Positions 35,410 to 45,513 of a stretch of DNA of 64,000 nt are shown here, piece after piece. The stretch's first letter is position 1. The number at the start of each line of letters is the position of its first letter. The stretch covers positions 108,670 to 172,669 of the forward strand of contig JAHJEV010000003.1 in NCBI GenBank assembly GCA_018825365.1, written 5' to 3'. The stretch comes from Patescibacteria group bacterium. Lineage in GTDB: Bacteria > Patescibacteriota > WWE3 > UBA101185 > UBA10185. The translations under genes were made by a program, and so were the position numbers. The notes below the pieces were generated by a model. The model saw only the letters and a program-made list of their open reading frames with translations. It did no database searches and was not told the origin of the DNA.

Positions 35410-37200
35410 ATGATAGATACTGGGGTTGGTAAACAAAAAACTATAAAAATACTTAAAAGCGCTGGTTCAAACCCACTTTTTATTACAGTTTTCATTTATC
35501 TGGTCAGTATAGTAATCGTAGGATGTTGGGGAAATTTTCCTTCGAATGATGATTTTTATTATCTTACGCAGATAAAAACTTTTTCAAATGGAATATTTAC
35601 AAAAAGTGCACTTATTGGTCCAACCTTTATTTTGCAGGGTCTTATGGGTTTTTTGTGGAGTAAATTTTTTGGGTTAAGCTATATATCCTTGAGGGTTCTC
35701 ACGATATTAGTAACAATTTTTTGTATTGTGGGGTTGGACAGGGTTTTTTCAGTCCTAAATGTCCAAAGGAAAATAAGAACCCTGACTTTAATACTAATCA
35801 CGTTTATTCCACAATTTTACGTCAGCTCTCTTAGTTTTATGACTGAGAATTACTTTCTGTTTTACATAATTTGGTCTTTATATTTTTTTCTATCGTACAT
35901 AAAAACAAGACGTGATAGATCTTTGCTTATCGCCTGCATTTTAGGCGGGCTCTCAATAATGATCAGGCAGTACGGGGTTGTGCTGTTGGTTGCCTATTTA
36001 ATTGTGTATGTTATTTCTAATCTTAAAAAAATAAACATTAGAAAACTTTTGCTAATTCTCATACCCTTCATAGTGTTTGGATGTATGGGTTTGTTTTGGC
36101 CGAAATTTAAGAGTTTGGGGGATCCCAAGAGCTTGAACATGCTGCTTTTTTTTGCTAGCGTGAATTTGTTTATTTCCAGAGTAACAAGCACATCAGTTCT
36201 CCCATATATAGGGTATTTACTTCTGCCATTTACGGCTTCTTTGTTTTTAAAACAAAGAAATTACATCAAAATTTTCACTTTAGCTATCGCACTACCCATG
36301 TCTTATGAATTCTTTAAAATTGATGTTTTTAAACTAAGAAATCTTTTTTACCTTGAGGGATTTTATGCGAGGCTAATGGTTAATATTAGAGAAAATCTAT
36401 TTAACAATACCCTTTTTAAGCTGTTCCTTTCATATTTAATTTCCGTATCTCTATTAGCCATTGCTTTTTATCTGATTGACAAGCTGATTGGAAAAATTAA
36501 AGATACAAAAAACAAGGGAGTCGCTGTTGCTAAAGCTAATATAAATTTTCACAAGTTAACACTGCTTTTATTGATATTGGGTTTTTATGTTATCGCGGTT
36601 GTTACCGACAGGGTTTTTGACAGATACTTGGTAAATTTCTTCATCATTTTACTAATATATGTTGCGACAAGCGCTCAAGAGAGGGGTTTTTCGATACACT
36701 GGACGACTATACTAATGACCGCCTTTATTTGCGTAGTGACTTTTTTCTTATCCTTTCACCATTACAGGGAACTGCAGCTTAAATGGAAATTTGCCGATAA
36801 ACTTATGGCTATGGGTGTTGGGAAGTATCAAATATTTATCGATAACGTTTATGCCAGAACAGCTTATATGGAATTAATAAACAATTATGACGGAAGATAC
36901 GCGGCGAAACCAGAAAACTACGACCCTATCTGTTTTGTGCAGGAATACGTAAAACAGCAAAGCAACGCGCTGAATTCACTAATTGTTTATGTTAATAACA
37001 GGGCATTTGTTAGGAAATATTTTGCAAACCCCACTGTACTAAACGCGGGACTGCTGAAAGAAAGAAGCAATCATTTTGACTCCACGGATATTTTGATGAT
37101 CGACGAGGAATATCCAAGTCCTGTCTACAACCTTCTTGGTAAAAGAACCTTTGTCAGGGCTTTTTGCACGGAACCTATTCAGAAAGTAAAAGGGATTTAG
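35410..37200 (+). CDS. GT-C fold membrane glycosyltransferase (ArnT/PMT-like)
   Basis: 596 aa with more than 12 TM helices. N-terminal DD/FYY loop. Architecture is similar to 13909..15462 and 40651..42279. Confidence 0.5.
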   Translation: MIDTGVGKQKTIKILKSAGSNPLFITVFIYLVSIVIVGCWGNFPSNDDFYYLTQIKTFSNGIFTKSALIGPTFILQGLMGFLWSKFFGLSYISLRVLTILVTIFCIVGLDRVFSVLNVQRKIRTLTLILITFIPQFYVSSLSFMTENYFLFYIIWSLYFFLSYIKTRRDRSLLIACILGGLSIMIRQYGVVLLVAYLIVYVISNLKKINIRKLLLILIPFIVFGCMGLFWPKFKSLGDPKSLNMLLFFASVNLFISRVTSTSVLPYIGYLLLPFTASLFLKQRNYIKIFTLAIALPMSYEFFKIDVFKLRNLFYLEGFYARLMVNIRENLFNNTLFKLFLSYLISVSLLAIAFYLIDKLIGKIKDTKNKGVAVAKANINFHKLTLLLLILGFYVIAVVTDRVFDRYLVNFFIILLIYVATSAQERGFSIHWTTILMTAFICVVTFFLSFHHYRELQLKWKFADKLMAMGVGKYQIFIDNVYARTAYMELINNYDGRYAAKPENYDPICFVQEYVKQQSNALNSLIVYVNNRAFVRKYFANPTVLNAGLLKERSNHFDSTDILMIDEEYPSPVYNLLGKRTFVRAFCTEPIQKVKGI

Positions 37201-37207
37201 TATTAAT

Positions 37208-37293
37208 TGGTGCCGGAGACAGGATTTGAACCTGCAATCCTTTTGGGAACAGCCTCCTGAAGACTGCGTGTATGCCATTTCCACCACTCCGGC
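37208..37293 (-). tRNA. tRNA-Leu (anticodon CAG), class II
   Basis: Acceptor gccggag/ctccggc, anticodon stem cagtc/ggctg with loop TTCAGGA, long variable arm, A73 and CCA. Confidence 0.85.
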
Positions 37294-37555
37294 TTATACA
37301 GTCCTATTCTATCAATATTACGTCATACGCACAAAAAAGCCCGGGGTGTGATTATCCGGGCCTACGAAATTTTCTACACGCTTCTGTGCTTATTGCTGGA
37401 ACGTGCTGGTTTAGTTTTATTCCTCTCCTTCCGATTTCTCTCGGAGGATTTAGATTTATGATATTTTCTGAACCAGTCTACAATTCTGCAAGCGACATCG
37501 GGCTGTGTATGATTCGACATCCTCTCTCCTTATCGAAATAAAGTTTTGGTGTGAC

Positions 37556-38179
37556 CTATTGTAGTAAATCTAACAGCTCTTGAGGCCTATTTATTATAAA
37601 ATCGGGTTTATATTCAGCCAGCTTAGACTCAAAATTATAACCCCAAGTTACCGAGGCTACCTTTAAACCCGCTGCTTTTGCTGCCCTTATGTCCCGAGTT
37701 TCATCCCCAACATATATCGTTTCTTCTTTTTTAAGATTAAACCTCCTTAAGGAATTCAAAAGGGCCTTTTCTTTATGAAATAAACTAAATGTCGAAAATA
37801 TAAAATCAAAAACTTCTAGATTATTGAAATTTAAAAACTTTTGAACTATTTTTTTCTGATTTGATGTGACAATTCCAAGCTTAACCTTTTTGGATCTAAG
37901 TTGGTGCAGTACGTGTGGGAGGTCGTTAAATGTAGGCAGGCCCTCTATCTCCTTTTGAAGTTTTTTTCTATACTTAAGTACGAAAAAAAGAAGCTTTACC
38001 TTTGAAATTTTAAATTCCTTAACAAAATCTTCCATATCCAAAGATCTAAATTCTTCGGGATTTATTTTCTCGTCGGATAGAAGTTTAAGCTCTTTGTTAA
38101 TTTCCATCGCGGCATTAACAGCAAAGGGAAATGTATCTGCAAGCACACCATCAAAATCAAATATTATATTTTTGATCAT
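37556..38179 (-). CDS. HAD superfamily hydrolase (phosphoglycolate phosphatase/beta-PGM-like)
   Basis: Motif I IIFDFDGVLADT, motif II VTS, motif IV GDETRD. Confidence 0.75.
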   Translation of the reverse strand: MIKNIIFDFDGVLADTFPFAVNAAMEINKELKLLSDEKINPEEFRSLDMEDFVKEFKISKVKLLFFVLKYRKKLQKEIEGLPTFNDLPHVLHQLRSKKVKLGIVTSNQKKIVQKFLNFNNLEVFDFIFSTFSLFHKEKALLNSLRRFNLKKEETIYVGDETRDIRAAKAAGLKVASVTWGYNFESKLAEYKPDFIINRPQELLDLLQ

Positions 38180-38614
38180 TTATTTCTTAACCAATCTAAT
38201 TTCGTATACTGCCCCATCTAAAATTCTTGTGGATGAAAGGGCATCGGTTAGATCGTTACCATTTTGAAAGACCGCCCATTTGTAACCGTCCGAAGCTTTA
38301 GTGTTAAATAATGAGTCAATTTCAACCCCATGCGTGTAATCAACCTTCTCAAACACAAGCCCTTTGTTATTTCTTAAATCCTCTAAAAAACTCATAATCG
38401 AATCTGTGTTTTTGACGTCAGTTTTATAGTTAAATGTTTTTGAACCTGTGTTTACAATTAAACTTGCACTTATCGTCCAGGTTTTTTCTATCTTAGGTTT
38501 AACATTGTCTTTTGGGAAAAGGTTTTCTGTTTTGAGTATTGATTTTACATAAAAAAATGAGACAACAATAAAACTTAAATAACCCAAACCTAAGATTATC
38601 GTTTTCCTTGGCAT
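38180..38614 (-). CDS. hypothetical membrane-anchored protein
   Basis: N-terminal TM helix and a 120-aa soluble domain. It overlaps the stop of the upstream gene (operon-like). Confidence 0.4.
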   Translation of the reverse strand: MPRKTIILGLGYLSFIVVSFFYVKSILKTENLFPKDNVKPKIEKTWTISASLIVNTGSKTFNYKTDVKNTDSIMSFLEDLRNNKGLVFEKVDYTHGVEIDSLFNTKASDGYKWAVFQNGNDLTDALSSTRILDGAVYEIRLVKK

Positions 38615-38659
38615 GTAAAAATAATATCACGGAAATTTAGGTATAATATATAAGTTAAT

Positions 38660-38737
38660 GCGCCTGTAGCCTAATGGATAGGGCACTTGTCTTCGGAACA
38701 AGGTTATGTGGGGGTTCGACTCCCCCCGGGCGCGCCA
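38660..38737 (+). tRNA. tRNA-Arg (anticodon TCG)
   Basis: Acceptor gcgcctg/cgggcgc, anticodon stem cttgt/acaag with loop CTTCGGA, G73 and CCA. Confidence 0.8.
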
Positions 38738-38929
38738 TTTAAAGATCCGCATTTCCGTATGCCCCCAAAACTGTGCAGACCCCCTTTGAGAAAATCATTC
38801 GGGGCCTTTTCATTTTCAATATTTTTTAAATAATATTTTCAGTCCTAGTATTGACATTACATAAAAATACATTCATTATTTTATCAAGAGCGATGAATTT
38901 AACTCTGCCCAACAAATTTATAAAAAAGG

Positions 38930-38962
38930 TAAGCACTTTGATAGGATTCGAGTGCTTTTTTT
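38930..38962 (+). terminator. intrinsic terminator
   Basis: Stem aagcact...agtgctt followed by ttttttt. A TTGACA at 38851 with an ATTATT -10 lies about 80 nt upstream, so a short transcript (candidate sRNA) is possible. Confidence 0.45.
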
Positions 38963-39114
38963 ATTGCTTTTAAAAGAATGGGTTAAATGAACCTTGGTGA
39001 GATGCCCAAGTCGAGGATCTAAAACTAACTTGAAAATTTAAACAGTTTTGAACAACTGGAATGGTTAACATGAAATTTAACCAGTATTAATTTACTCATA
39101 AGGAGGGTGAAACA

Positions 39115-39162
39115 ATGCCAGCAAAGAAGAAAAAGGTAGTCAAGAAAAAAAAGAAGAAATAG
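39115..39162 (+). CDS. 15-codon lysine-rich mini-ORF (MPAKKKKVVKKKKKK)
   Basis: Strong SD AGGAGGG 7 nt upstream of the ATG. 11 of 15 codons are AAA/AAG. A T-run follows the stop. Lies about 100 nt upstream of tRNA-Lys(CUU). Confidence 0.35.
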   Translation: MPAKKKKVVKKKKKK

Positions 39163-39261
39163 TTTTTTTCTAAACAGCAGTCAATACGTAATAGTAGAAG
39201 GCTGCTGTTTGATTTGGTATGAAATGCGAGGAGAGAATATAATGTATAATGTCATGGGTTT

Positions 39262-39336
39262 GGGGACGTAGCTCAGTGGTAGAGCAGTGGACTCTTAATC
39301 CATTTGTCGAGGGTTCGAATCCCTCCGTCCTCACCA
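39262..39336 (+). tRNA. tRNA-Lys (anticodon CTT)
   Basis: Acceptor ggggacg/cgtcctc, anticodon stem gtgga/tccat with loop CTCTTAA, A73 and CCA. Confidence 0.85.
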
Positions 39337-39355
39337 TTCATAACTTAAAATTAAT

Positions 39356-40114
39356 TTGTATAATAAAGATATGTCAATAAAAGATTCATTTTCAGAAATA
39401 TTTGATAATAAAAATAGAGTACTTATTATTTTGGGACATCCGGATGATAATGAAATTATCTGCGGGGGTATTGTTGCAAGATTACTAGCAGAAGGGAAAA
39501 AAGTAAGGAACGTAGCTATGACAAATGGAGGTAAGGGGTTTCAAAACAGAACCGACGTGTCAGAGAAAGAGTATTCAGAAATAAGAAAATTTGAACAAGT
39601 AGAAGCTGGAAAAGAACTGGGATTGGCAGAAGAGAATATTTTCAACTTGGATATCCCAGACGGTGAGTTAGAAGATACCGTAGAAAACATTGGAAAAGTA
39701 GTTTTCCATATCAGGCAATTTAAGCCCGATATCATTATTACCCAAAATCCCTTTGATCCTATAAACGCCTTTAATTCAGAAATACATTGGGTAAACCACC
39801 GGGATCATAGGCACACAGCTCTCATAACAATAGACGCAGCCTACCCATATTCAAGAGATAGAGGGTTCTTCCCGGAGCATTTCACAAAATATAATCTTGA
39901 GCCTCACGAAGTTTCAGAGCTTTTGTTTTCAGATGCGTACGCTTATCCAGACGTACGTTACTTTGATATTACTAAATATATTAATAAAAAAAGAAACGCG
40001 TTACTTAAACATAAAAATGCCTTTACCCCTGAAATTGTTGAAGAAGAATTTCTTGAAGAAACAAGACTTGAATCGGGAAAGAACTTTGAAAGATTAAAAT
40101 ACATCAAAATCTAA
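39356..40114 (+). CDS. PIG-L/LmbE family N-acetylglucosaminyl deacetylase
   Basis: LIILGHPDDNEI (HPDD motif) and a downstream HxDH (NHRDHRH) region. Confidence 0.7.
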   Translation: MYNKDMSIKDSFSEIFDNKNRVLIILGHPDDNEIICGGIVARLLAEGKKVRNVAMTNGGKGFQNRTDVSEKEYSEIRKFEQVEAGKELGLAEENIFNLDIPDGELEDTVENIGKVVFHIRQFKPDIIITQNPFDPINAFNSEIHWVNHRDHRHTALITIDAAYPYSRDRGFFPEHFTKYNLEPHEVSELLFSDAYAYPDVRYFDITKYINKKRNALLKHKNAFTPEIVEEEFLEETRLESGKNFERLKYIKI

Positions 40115-40282
40115 TACTCGCGACGGCATCCAATTCTAACTATTTCCTTATCTATACCAATACACGTTGTTTTTCGAGTTGAAATATAAAAAAACGCCCA
40201 AGATCACCAGAACAAACGGGATGTATTCTTTTATCTTTTTAAACCAGCTTTTCTTGGTTGTCATATATGTTATTATTTTAGC

Positions 40283-40654
40283 ATGCTACAAATATTTAAG
40301 TCCCATCACCCTACCAGACACATTAGAAGTTTTAAGCATGCGTTTAACGGAATTTTTCACGCACTCCTAAACGAAGCTAACTTCAGAGCTCAGATTGTAA
40401 TAGTAATCTTTGCAATAATTTTTGGCAAATTACTTAAGATATCAAATGTGGAATGGGCTCTTATAACACTTTCCATGAGCCTTTTACTCGCATCAGAACT
40501 TATAAATACAACCGTGGAAGAAATCATGGATCATTTCGTAAGACATAATAATCAAATTGCAAAAGTAGTTAAGGATTTAACCGCGGGATTTGTTCTAATT
40601 AACGCAATCGGCTCATTAATTGTTTTTTACTTGGTATTTGGAAATAAGATTTAA
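40283..40654 (+). CDS. dgkA: diacylglycerol/undecaprenol kinase DgkA family
   Basis: 123 aa with 3 TM helices. Alignable to E. coli DgkA (FKHAFNG, ASELINTTVEEIMDH, AKVVKDLTAGFVLINA). Confidence 0.7.
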   Translation: MLQIFKSHHPTRHIRSFKHAFNGIFHALLNEANFRAQIVIVIFAIIFGKLLKISNVEWALITLSMSLLLASELINTTVEEIMDHFVRHNNQIAKVVKDLTAGFVLINAIGSLIVFYLVFGNKI

Positions 40655-42279
40655 AATCCTTTAGCTTTTATATCATCCAAGGTTCCCGTTTCCATTATAT
40701 ATATTCTTACCAGGTCACTTCCATTTCTCGTAAGAGTATGTACGGGCTGGTAACGGGAAATCCAATAAGCGGCCTTATCGTAAATAATATTGTTTTCAAA
40801 GCTTTGGGGGCTTTTAACATATACAAAAAATCCTGCCGCTTCTTTTTCTCTGTCAAACGGAATGTAGTACCTGGAAATTGCCTGTCTCTCGTTTGACATA
40901 TAAGCGGTAACTTCCGGGAAGGATGTTACAAACTCCCTTATCCCCTCCCAATCTCTAAAATAAGGAAAACCAAATAAACTTGAGTGGTACAACAAATTAA
41001 CCTGGGAAAATGTCCAAAACAAAAACTTCTCATGTTCCCACGGGTATTCCTTTGAGTTATCAACATAAATTACATAGGACTGGGCAAGCAAAAATACTGA
41101 AAGTATCACCACCCCGGCGGTATTAACTAGTTTCATTAGGTTATATTCAAATATTTTGAATGTCAGGCTTTCAAGCGTAACAAGACCGTAAGCCAAAAAT
41201 ACAAAGCACGGAATCAGGTAACAATATATGTGGGTTCCCGGAATATGTACATATACCTCGAAAAACAGAAACGGCACTAAAAACCATAAGGTTAATGCGT
41301 AAATTAATAAGTGATTTTCTTGAATTATCTTCATGTGATCAGTTGAGTGAACAAAAAACCTTTTTACAAAACTTGGGAGCTTTTTAAGTTTAAGAATGTG
41401 TCTCGAAGAAAGACCAAGTATTAAAAACATCAAGCCTAAAATGAAAAGGATCCTATAAATATGCACGGTGTATATTGGCTGATAAATTGAAAAAAGATAC
41501 AAAGAGCTTGATATTTTTTGAGACACGTCCCCACTAATTCTCCCTTGCCAATACAACTTCGTTGCGGGACTCAAAGAAAATACAGATGGAATGTAAAAAA
41601 TGAGGATTAAAAAAGCAGAAACTAAACCTGCAAGTACAAAATGCTTAATCTTATCGCTTTTTAACAAAACCTTACTTTTGAACCATTCATATAACAAGTA
41701 GGCCATAAAAGGAAATATAAAAATCCCGTCGTAATGAGATAGCAATGATAATGCCCAGGAAATCAAAGAGATATAAAGACCTTTGACAGCGAAGTCTTTG
41801 TTTTTTACAGCCAGTGACAACGAATATAAAGATAAAACCATAAACAAAATTACGAACGCCTGGTACTGAGCTATTCTTGAAAAAGCGATGAAAAAACCGT
41901 TTGTTGCAAAAAACACTGAGGAGTAAAAAGCTATCTTCTTTCCAAAATAAAGGTTTATAAACTTGTAGAAAATATAAACTGAAAGTAAACCCGCGACAGC
42001 AAAAGGTAACCTTACAAGAAACTGGTTATTGTAATTGTTATCAAAAATCTTTATCAAGAAAGTGATAATAAATTGAATAGGGCCTTTCCTTTGATCCATA
42101 ACAAACTGAAAAAAAGATTGGCCGGAAGGGGGAAAGTACAATGCTTTTATCTCATCTCCCTGGTAATCAGAGTAACCCAAATTTACGAATCTTAAAATAA
42201 AAGATGGGACTAAAATTAAAATCAGACAAATGTTTTCTTTTGTCCATTTAAAAATCCTTTTAAGCCCCATCATATTCAT
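40651..42279 (-). CDS. GT-C fold membrane glycosyltransferase (GT39/ArnT-like)
   Basis: 542 aa with about 12 TM helices. N-terminal YSDYQGDE loop. Its start overlaps the stop of the upstream helicase gene (ATGA). Confidence 0.55.
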   Translation of the reverse strand: MNMMGLKRIFKWTKENICLILILVPSFILRFVNLGYSDYQGDEIKALYFPPSGQSFFQFVMDQRKGPIQFIITFLIKIFDNNYNNQFLVRLPFAVAGLLSVYIFYKFINLYFGKKIAFYSSVFFATNGFFIAFSRIAQYQAFVILFMVLSLYSLSLAVKNKDFAVKGLYISLISWALSLLSHYDGIFIFPFMAYLLYEWFKSKVLLKSDKIKHFVLAGLVSAFLILIFYIPSVFSLSPATKLYWQGRISGDVSQKISSSLYLFSIYQPIYTVHIYRILFILGLMFLILGLSSRHILKLKKLPSFVKRFFVHSTDHMKIIQENHLLIYALTLWFLVPFLFFEVYVHIPGTHIYCYLIPCFVFLAYGLVTLESLTFKIFEYNLMKLVNTAGVVILSVFLLAQSYVIYVDNSKEYPWEHEKFLFWTFSQVNLLYHSSLFGFPYFRDWEGIREFVTSFPEVTAYMSNERQAISRYYIPFDREKEAAGFFVYVKSPQSFENNIIYDKAAYWISRYQPVHTLTRNGSDLVRIYIMETGTLDDIKAKGF

Positions 42280-44330
42280 TTTACACCATAAACAAAAAGC
42301 TCATTCATCGCCCTTGTTACAGCAACAAAGGCTTTTCTGGCCTCAGGGAGGATTTTAATCTTTTTTAAATTTAGTCCTAAAATATATACCTTAGAAAACT
42401 CAAGACCCTTACAATCATCAGCCGACATTAAATAAACTCCTCTTGGAACGTAAGTTATTTTTTTTGTTGACTCAAGTTTTATCACCTTATCCTTTAGGGA
42501 TTTGATCTTTGAAAGGATTTGTTCCGCTTTTTCAGTATCACCAAAGCAAATTATCCCGATACTTTTATCTATTTTTTTCGAATCTCCTTTTATTCCCTCT
42601 TCAAATTTCTTATACACCCCATCGATATCCTGGAACAAGATCTCAACAGGATCATCACCAACCCGATTAATAGATTTGGGTAAATACTTGTTCGAGTAGT
42701 TTCTAAGAACTTTATTTGCAAATATTATAATTTGTTTTGTACTTCTGTAATTCTTATCCAACTCAAATTTAATTGCTACTCTTGCTTCTTTAATGACATC
42801 CGGAATTATTTCCCAATTTTCTATTCCGTTTTCCTGAAGAGTCTGATTCAAGTCACCAAAAAGAGCAAACCTTCCTCTCAAAACAACTTTGCTTAAGAAT
42901 AAATACTCAAGCGGACTAAAATCCTGAGCCTCATCAACAACACAATACTCATATTTCCTAAACTTTGTGAGTCCAACAAGTTCTGAGTAAATATAAAGGT
43001 AGGCTAAAACTTTTGAGTAGTTAAGCTTTTTGTTTATGTCAAGACCCGTTTTTTTTGCGACCCTTTTGATAGTTTTTTCTTTAATCTCACTTTTTAAAAC
43101 GTTTGCCTGTCTTAATATTTTTCTTAGAGCCAAAATATTTTCTTTATATAACCACGCCTGTATGGAATCTGGGTTTTTAGCGAACCGCTCTTTCTGAACC
43201 GTAAGCTCCTCAGTAATATCCTCCAAAATATCCGTTATATTTTCGTACGGTGTTTGGTTGTAGCTATATTTAAAACTTGCGAACGTTCCGAGCTCCGGGT
43301 CTTTGAATATTTTATTTATTTTTCTTTCGTACTCCTTTTGAGCTAACAAAACAGACTTCATCAATTTTTTAACGCCGGTTGGATTAAATTCAGAAAGGTT
43401 TCGGGTGTCTGCAAGATCATAATTTGCTTTAAGCCCCTCCTGAAACATTAAATTGTATGCTACGTCCTTGACGGTTTTATAAGTAAGATCAAAAATACCT
43501 AGTCTTGGAAAAAGAGTAGAAAGATAGCCCGCAAGGATCTGACTTTTGGCAACAAGCAAGCATCTTTCGGGATGAATGAGGTTTGGGTAGTTAAAAAAGA
43601 TGTGCGCAAGCTTGTGGATTGCTACAGTGCTTTTACCGCTGCCAACGCAACCCTGAACCACACAAATTTGTCTGGGGTCAGCTTCTATAATATCAAGCTG
43701 GGACTCCTGTATTGTCTGAACTATGTCCTCCAATACTCCTCCCGATCTCGTTTTTATTTTCTCTATAATTACTGTTGATTCATCTAATTGAAGGTCGTTA
43801 TCAAAATAACCAACAAGTTTTCCATCCTGAATCTCAAAGGTTCTTTTAATCTTTAAGTCTCTTGTTTGCTTACCAAGGGGAGTTTCATAAAAAACACCTT
43901 TTTGTGGGTACCTGTATCTGTAATAAACCGATGCCACCTTGCTTCTCCAGTCAGTAATAATCGGTTTTTTCTCAGTAAAAGAAAACTTTCCGATGTAAAA
44001 CTTATCCGTCTTTTTAAACGAGGGGTCAAATAAATCTATTCTTGAAAAATAAGGTTCGCTTAAAAGAAAGCCTATTTCCTCAAGTGACTTGTATTTTCCT
44101 TTTATATTTAAGGCGGCATTTTTTTGGTGAAGCTGCTCAAGTAAAACATCAAAATCAGATGTCTGATAGCCATAAGAGCTGCCACCGCTTTCCCTTAACT
44201 CCTTAAGTCTTTCAAGATTTTCGGAACTTATAACATCAAGTTTCAAAGTTGCAGATTTTCTAGCTTTCTTAAGCTTTAGAATAGTTGTTTTAAGATGTGA
44301 TTCTTCTTCTTTTCTTACTTTGGGTTTCAT
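42276..44330 (-). CDS. HelD/UvrD-like superfamily 1 helicase
   Basis: Walker A GCVGSGKST, DEAQ-type motif II VVDEAQDF, and UvrD C-terminal motifs (KGLEF, VAVTRA). HelD-like N-terminal domain of about 210 aa. Confidence 0.7.
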   Translation of the reverse strand: MKPKVRKEEESHLKTTILKLKKARKSATLKLDVISSENLERLKELRESGGSSYGYQTSDFDVLLEQLHQKNAALNIKGKYKSLEEIGFLLSEPYFSRIDLFDPSFKKTDKFYIGKFSFTEKKPIITDWRSKVASVYYRYRYPQKGVFYETPLGKQTRDLKIKRTFEIQDGKLVGYFDNDLQLDESTVIIEKIKTRSGGVLEDIVQTIQESQLDIIEADPRQICVVQGCVGSGKSTVAIHKLAHIFFNYPNLIHPERCLLVAKSQILAGYLSTLFPRLGIFDLTYKTVKDVAYNLMFQEGLKANYDLADTRNLSEFNPTGVKKLMKSVLLAQKEYERKINKIFKDPELGTFASFKYSYNQTPYENITDILEDITEELTVQKERFAKNPDSIQAWLYKENILALRKILRQANVLKSEIKEKTIKRVAKKTGLDINKKLNYSKVLAYLYIYSELVGLTKFRKYEYCVVDEAQDFSPLEYLFLSKVVLRGRFALFGDLNQTLQENGIENWEIIPDVIKEARVAIKFELDKNYRSTKQIIIFANKVLRNYSNKYLPKSINRVGDDPVEILFQDIDGVYKKFEEGIKGDSKKIDKSIGIICFGDTEKAEQILSKIKSLKDKVIKLESTKKITYVPRGVYLMSADDCKGLEFSKVYILGLNLKKIKILPEARKAFVAVTRAMNELFVYGVK

Positions 44331-45022
44331 AGTTCAAAACCTTCCTTGGCAACTAAAACAACAAACTCCCCTTTAAGTTTGGAATTGGAGTAAATATTTA
44401 ATAAATCTGAGATACTTCCTCTAATGATTTTTTCGTGAAGCTTTGTCATTTCGTTTGCAAGGCATACATGGCGCTTTCCCAGTGACTCATTAATTTCCTC
44501 CAAAAGCTTTATTATCCTAAAAGGAGATTCGTAAATAATTAATGTAGCCTCCTTATCACCGTATGATTTGAGAAGTTTTACCCGATCGTTTTTTGATTTT
44601 GGTAAAAAACCCAAAAAACTAAACTTATCGGTAGGAAAACCCGACTCAACAAGAGCCGATATTAAAGCGGAAGGACCAGGTATAGATTGGACTACAAAAT
44701 CCTTTTTAATCAGTTCCCTAACAAGTTTGTACCCCGGATCTGATATTAAAGGTGTACCACTATCGGAAATCAAGGCAGCATTCTGCCCAGATTCAAGTAT
44801 GTCCACTATTTTAGGAAGCATGGTGGGGTGATTTTGGTCCCTGTACGATAGCTGGGACTTTGAAATCTCATATTTCTTGAGTATTTTATCGGTTTCCCTT
44901 GTATCTTCAGAAATAATAAGGTCAACGCCCCTAAGTATTTCCAGAGCTCTGAGGGTTATGTCGGACATATTTCCGATTGGCGTTGCAACAATAAATAGAA
45001 TTCCTCTGCTCATATTTACCAA
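44327..45022 (-). CDS. rsmI: 16S rRNA (cytidine1402-2'-O)-methyltransferase
   Basis: Tetrapyrrole-methylase fold. The N-terminus LFIVATPIGNMSDITLRALEIL matches RsmI. Confidence 0.85.
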   Translation of the reverse strand: MVNMSRGILFIVATPIGNMSDITLRALEILRGVDLIISEDTRETDKILKKYEISKSQLSYRDQNHPTMLPKIVDILESGQNAALISDSGTPLISDPGYKLVRELIKKDFVVQSIPGPSALISALVESGFPTDKFSFLGFLPKSKNDRVKLLKSYGDKEATLIIYESPFRIIKLLEEINESLGKRHVCLANEMTKLHEKIIRGSISDLLNIYSNSKLKGEFVVLVAKEGFEL

Positions 45023-45513
45023 AAACCTCTTTTACGACGCTCTATTCTAGCACTTTTTAAGGAAAATTTCAGAAAATCGTACTTGAACACCGTGTTGGAA
45101 ACTTACTGAAAAACGTATTTCACAAAATAGTCTGCAAATATAAAACCCCCTTCTGATTTAAGGAGGGGGTAAGAACCAAACGGCAACTCCAACGACTGTG
45201 ACCGCCAAGGGAAGCAGGATATAGATCGTGTATGTTGCCACAAGTTTTTCGCTCACGTAGAAAGAACATTAGCAAACTAACCAAGGCGACAGCACACATA
45301 GCTGTCAAGATCAGCTTACCTAACGTGGTCATTTTAGTCTCCTTTTCCTGTTTTTTGGCTGTCGAAATAGTACCAACAGCTTAATATTATGCCTATTGTA
45401 ACACAGAAACAGGAATCGAACCGTTTTTTAGAAGATAGGGTGTTGTAAAAATACCAATTTGCTACATAATTTTGAGTTGGTATAACAATGAAAACGCTGG
45501 TTGAAAGTTAAAT

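Noticed and set aside
45120-45332. A 70-aa minus-strand ORF between rsmI and rpmG.
   Set aside because: Its 3' end contains a hairpin plus U-run (about 45148-45180) that looks like a terminator. It has no homology and no SD, so it is probably non-coding.
45390-45425. A T-arm-like motif (cggttcgattcctg on the minus strand) that might indicate another tRNA.
   Set aside because: The flanking sequence cannot be folded into acceptor, D or anticodon stems. It is likely a chance or relic motif.
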